Assembly (NCBI RefSeq): GCF_963921235.1
Contig: NC_086108.1
Span: 115,880,001-115,944,000, forward strand
Direction of reading: 5' to 3'
Source: Mobula hypostoma
Lineage: Eukaryota
DNA length: 64,000 nucleotides
Shown here in pieces: positions 63,645 to 64,000 of the stretch; within the stretch, counting starts at the first letter, position 1, and each line of letters opens with the position of its first letter. A program made the position numbers and the translations under genes. The notes beneath the pieces are model-generated. The model was not told the origin of the DNA, did no database searches, and saw nothing but the letters and a program-made list of their open reading frames with translations.

Positions 63645-64000
63645 GTCTCGCCTGTTCCTTATGCTTGCATTTCCCCTCTGCTGGGTCTGAACTGCGCCGA
63701 GGCCTTGCCGCCCGACGCATGGGTTGCCGATGATATCTCGCAGCTTCAGAGAGCACACTGCCCCCTCCACAGCTGCGCTGGCTGCCCACTTGCGCCCAGA
63801 TCTGGTTGTAACGCCTGTTTGCTTCTTTACCAAGACATCATTGGAATCTCTCGAGCTTAATAAGGCCCTGCATCTTGCCACCTTGGATTCCTCCTCAACA
63901 GATGACAAGGGAAGCTGCAGTTGCCCAGACCGAATGTAGAGGCCCACTGAAGAGAAGCCTGGGGGGACTCCCAACCATCTCCGCAGGTGCTTGTTGGTTT
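63645..64000 (-). mobile_element. Fragment of an R2-group (HERO-like) non-LTR retrotransposon, post-RT region
   Basis: HLRRWLGVPPGFSSVGLY...LQLPLSSVEEE.KV...RDSND...TRSGRKWAA..AV...GRQGLG resembles, from memory, HERO-clade proteins. Confidence 0.75.

Overview
Eukaryotic, almost entirely repetitive DNA with no host protein-coding gene I can support. The repeat content (abundant CR1 LINEs with esterase ORF1, a V-SINE-like element, Penelope, fish-type Gypsy and Tc1) suggests a fish, probably a shark or ray; this is inference. Layout: (1) 1-6.85 kb, a CA-rich compound minisatellite with about 0.7-1.1 kb higher-order repeats. (2) 6.9-30 kb, nested CR1 LINEs (one full-length), SINE and Tc1 remnants, and LTR pieces. 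(3) 30.3-46.4 kb, a diverged 23-bp satellite interrupted by an IR/DR Tc1 transposon and a CR1. (4) 46.4-58.4 kb, a decayed Gypsy element with PNMA-like gag, carrying a solo LTR that itself carries an inverted-arm Penelope element with hammerhead ribozyme motifs. (5) 58.4-63.6 kb, a tandem of defective Tf1/sushi-type chromoviruses with a self-priming PBS, abutting a HERO/R2-like fragment. The most unusual object is at 9717-15238: R-U5 pieces of two different LTR families fused in inverted orientation, both U5 ends facing outward, flanked by one 5-bp TSD. Most ORFs in the supplied track are spurious products of repeats. Fragment boundaries without a TSD are approximate. Family assignments come from recognised motifs, not database searches.
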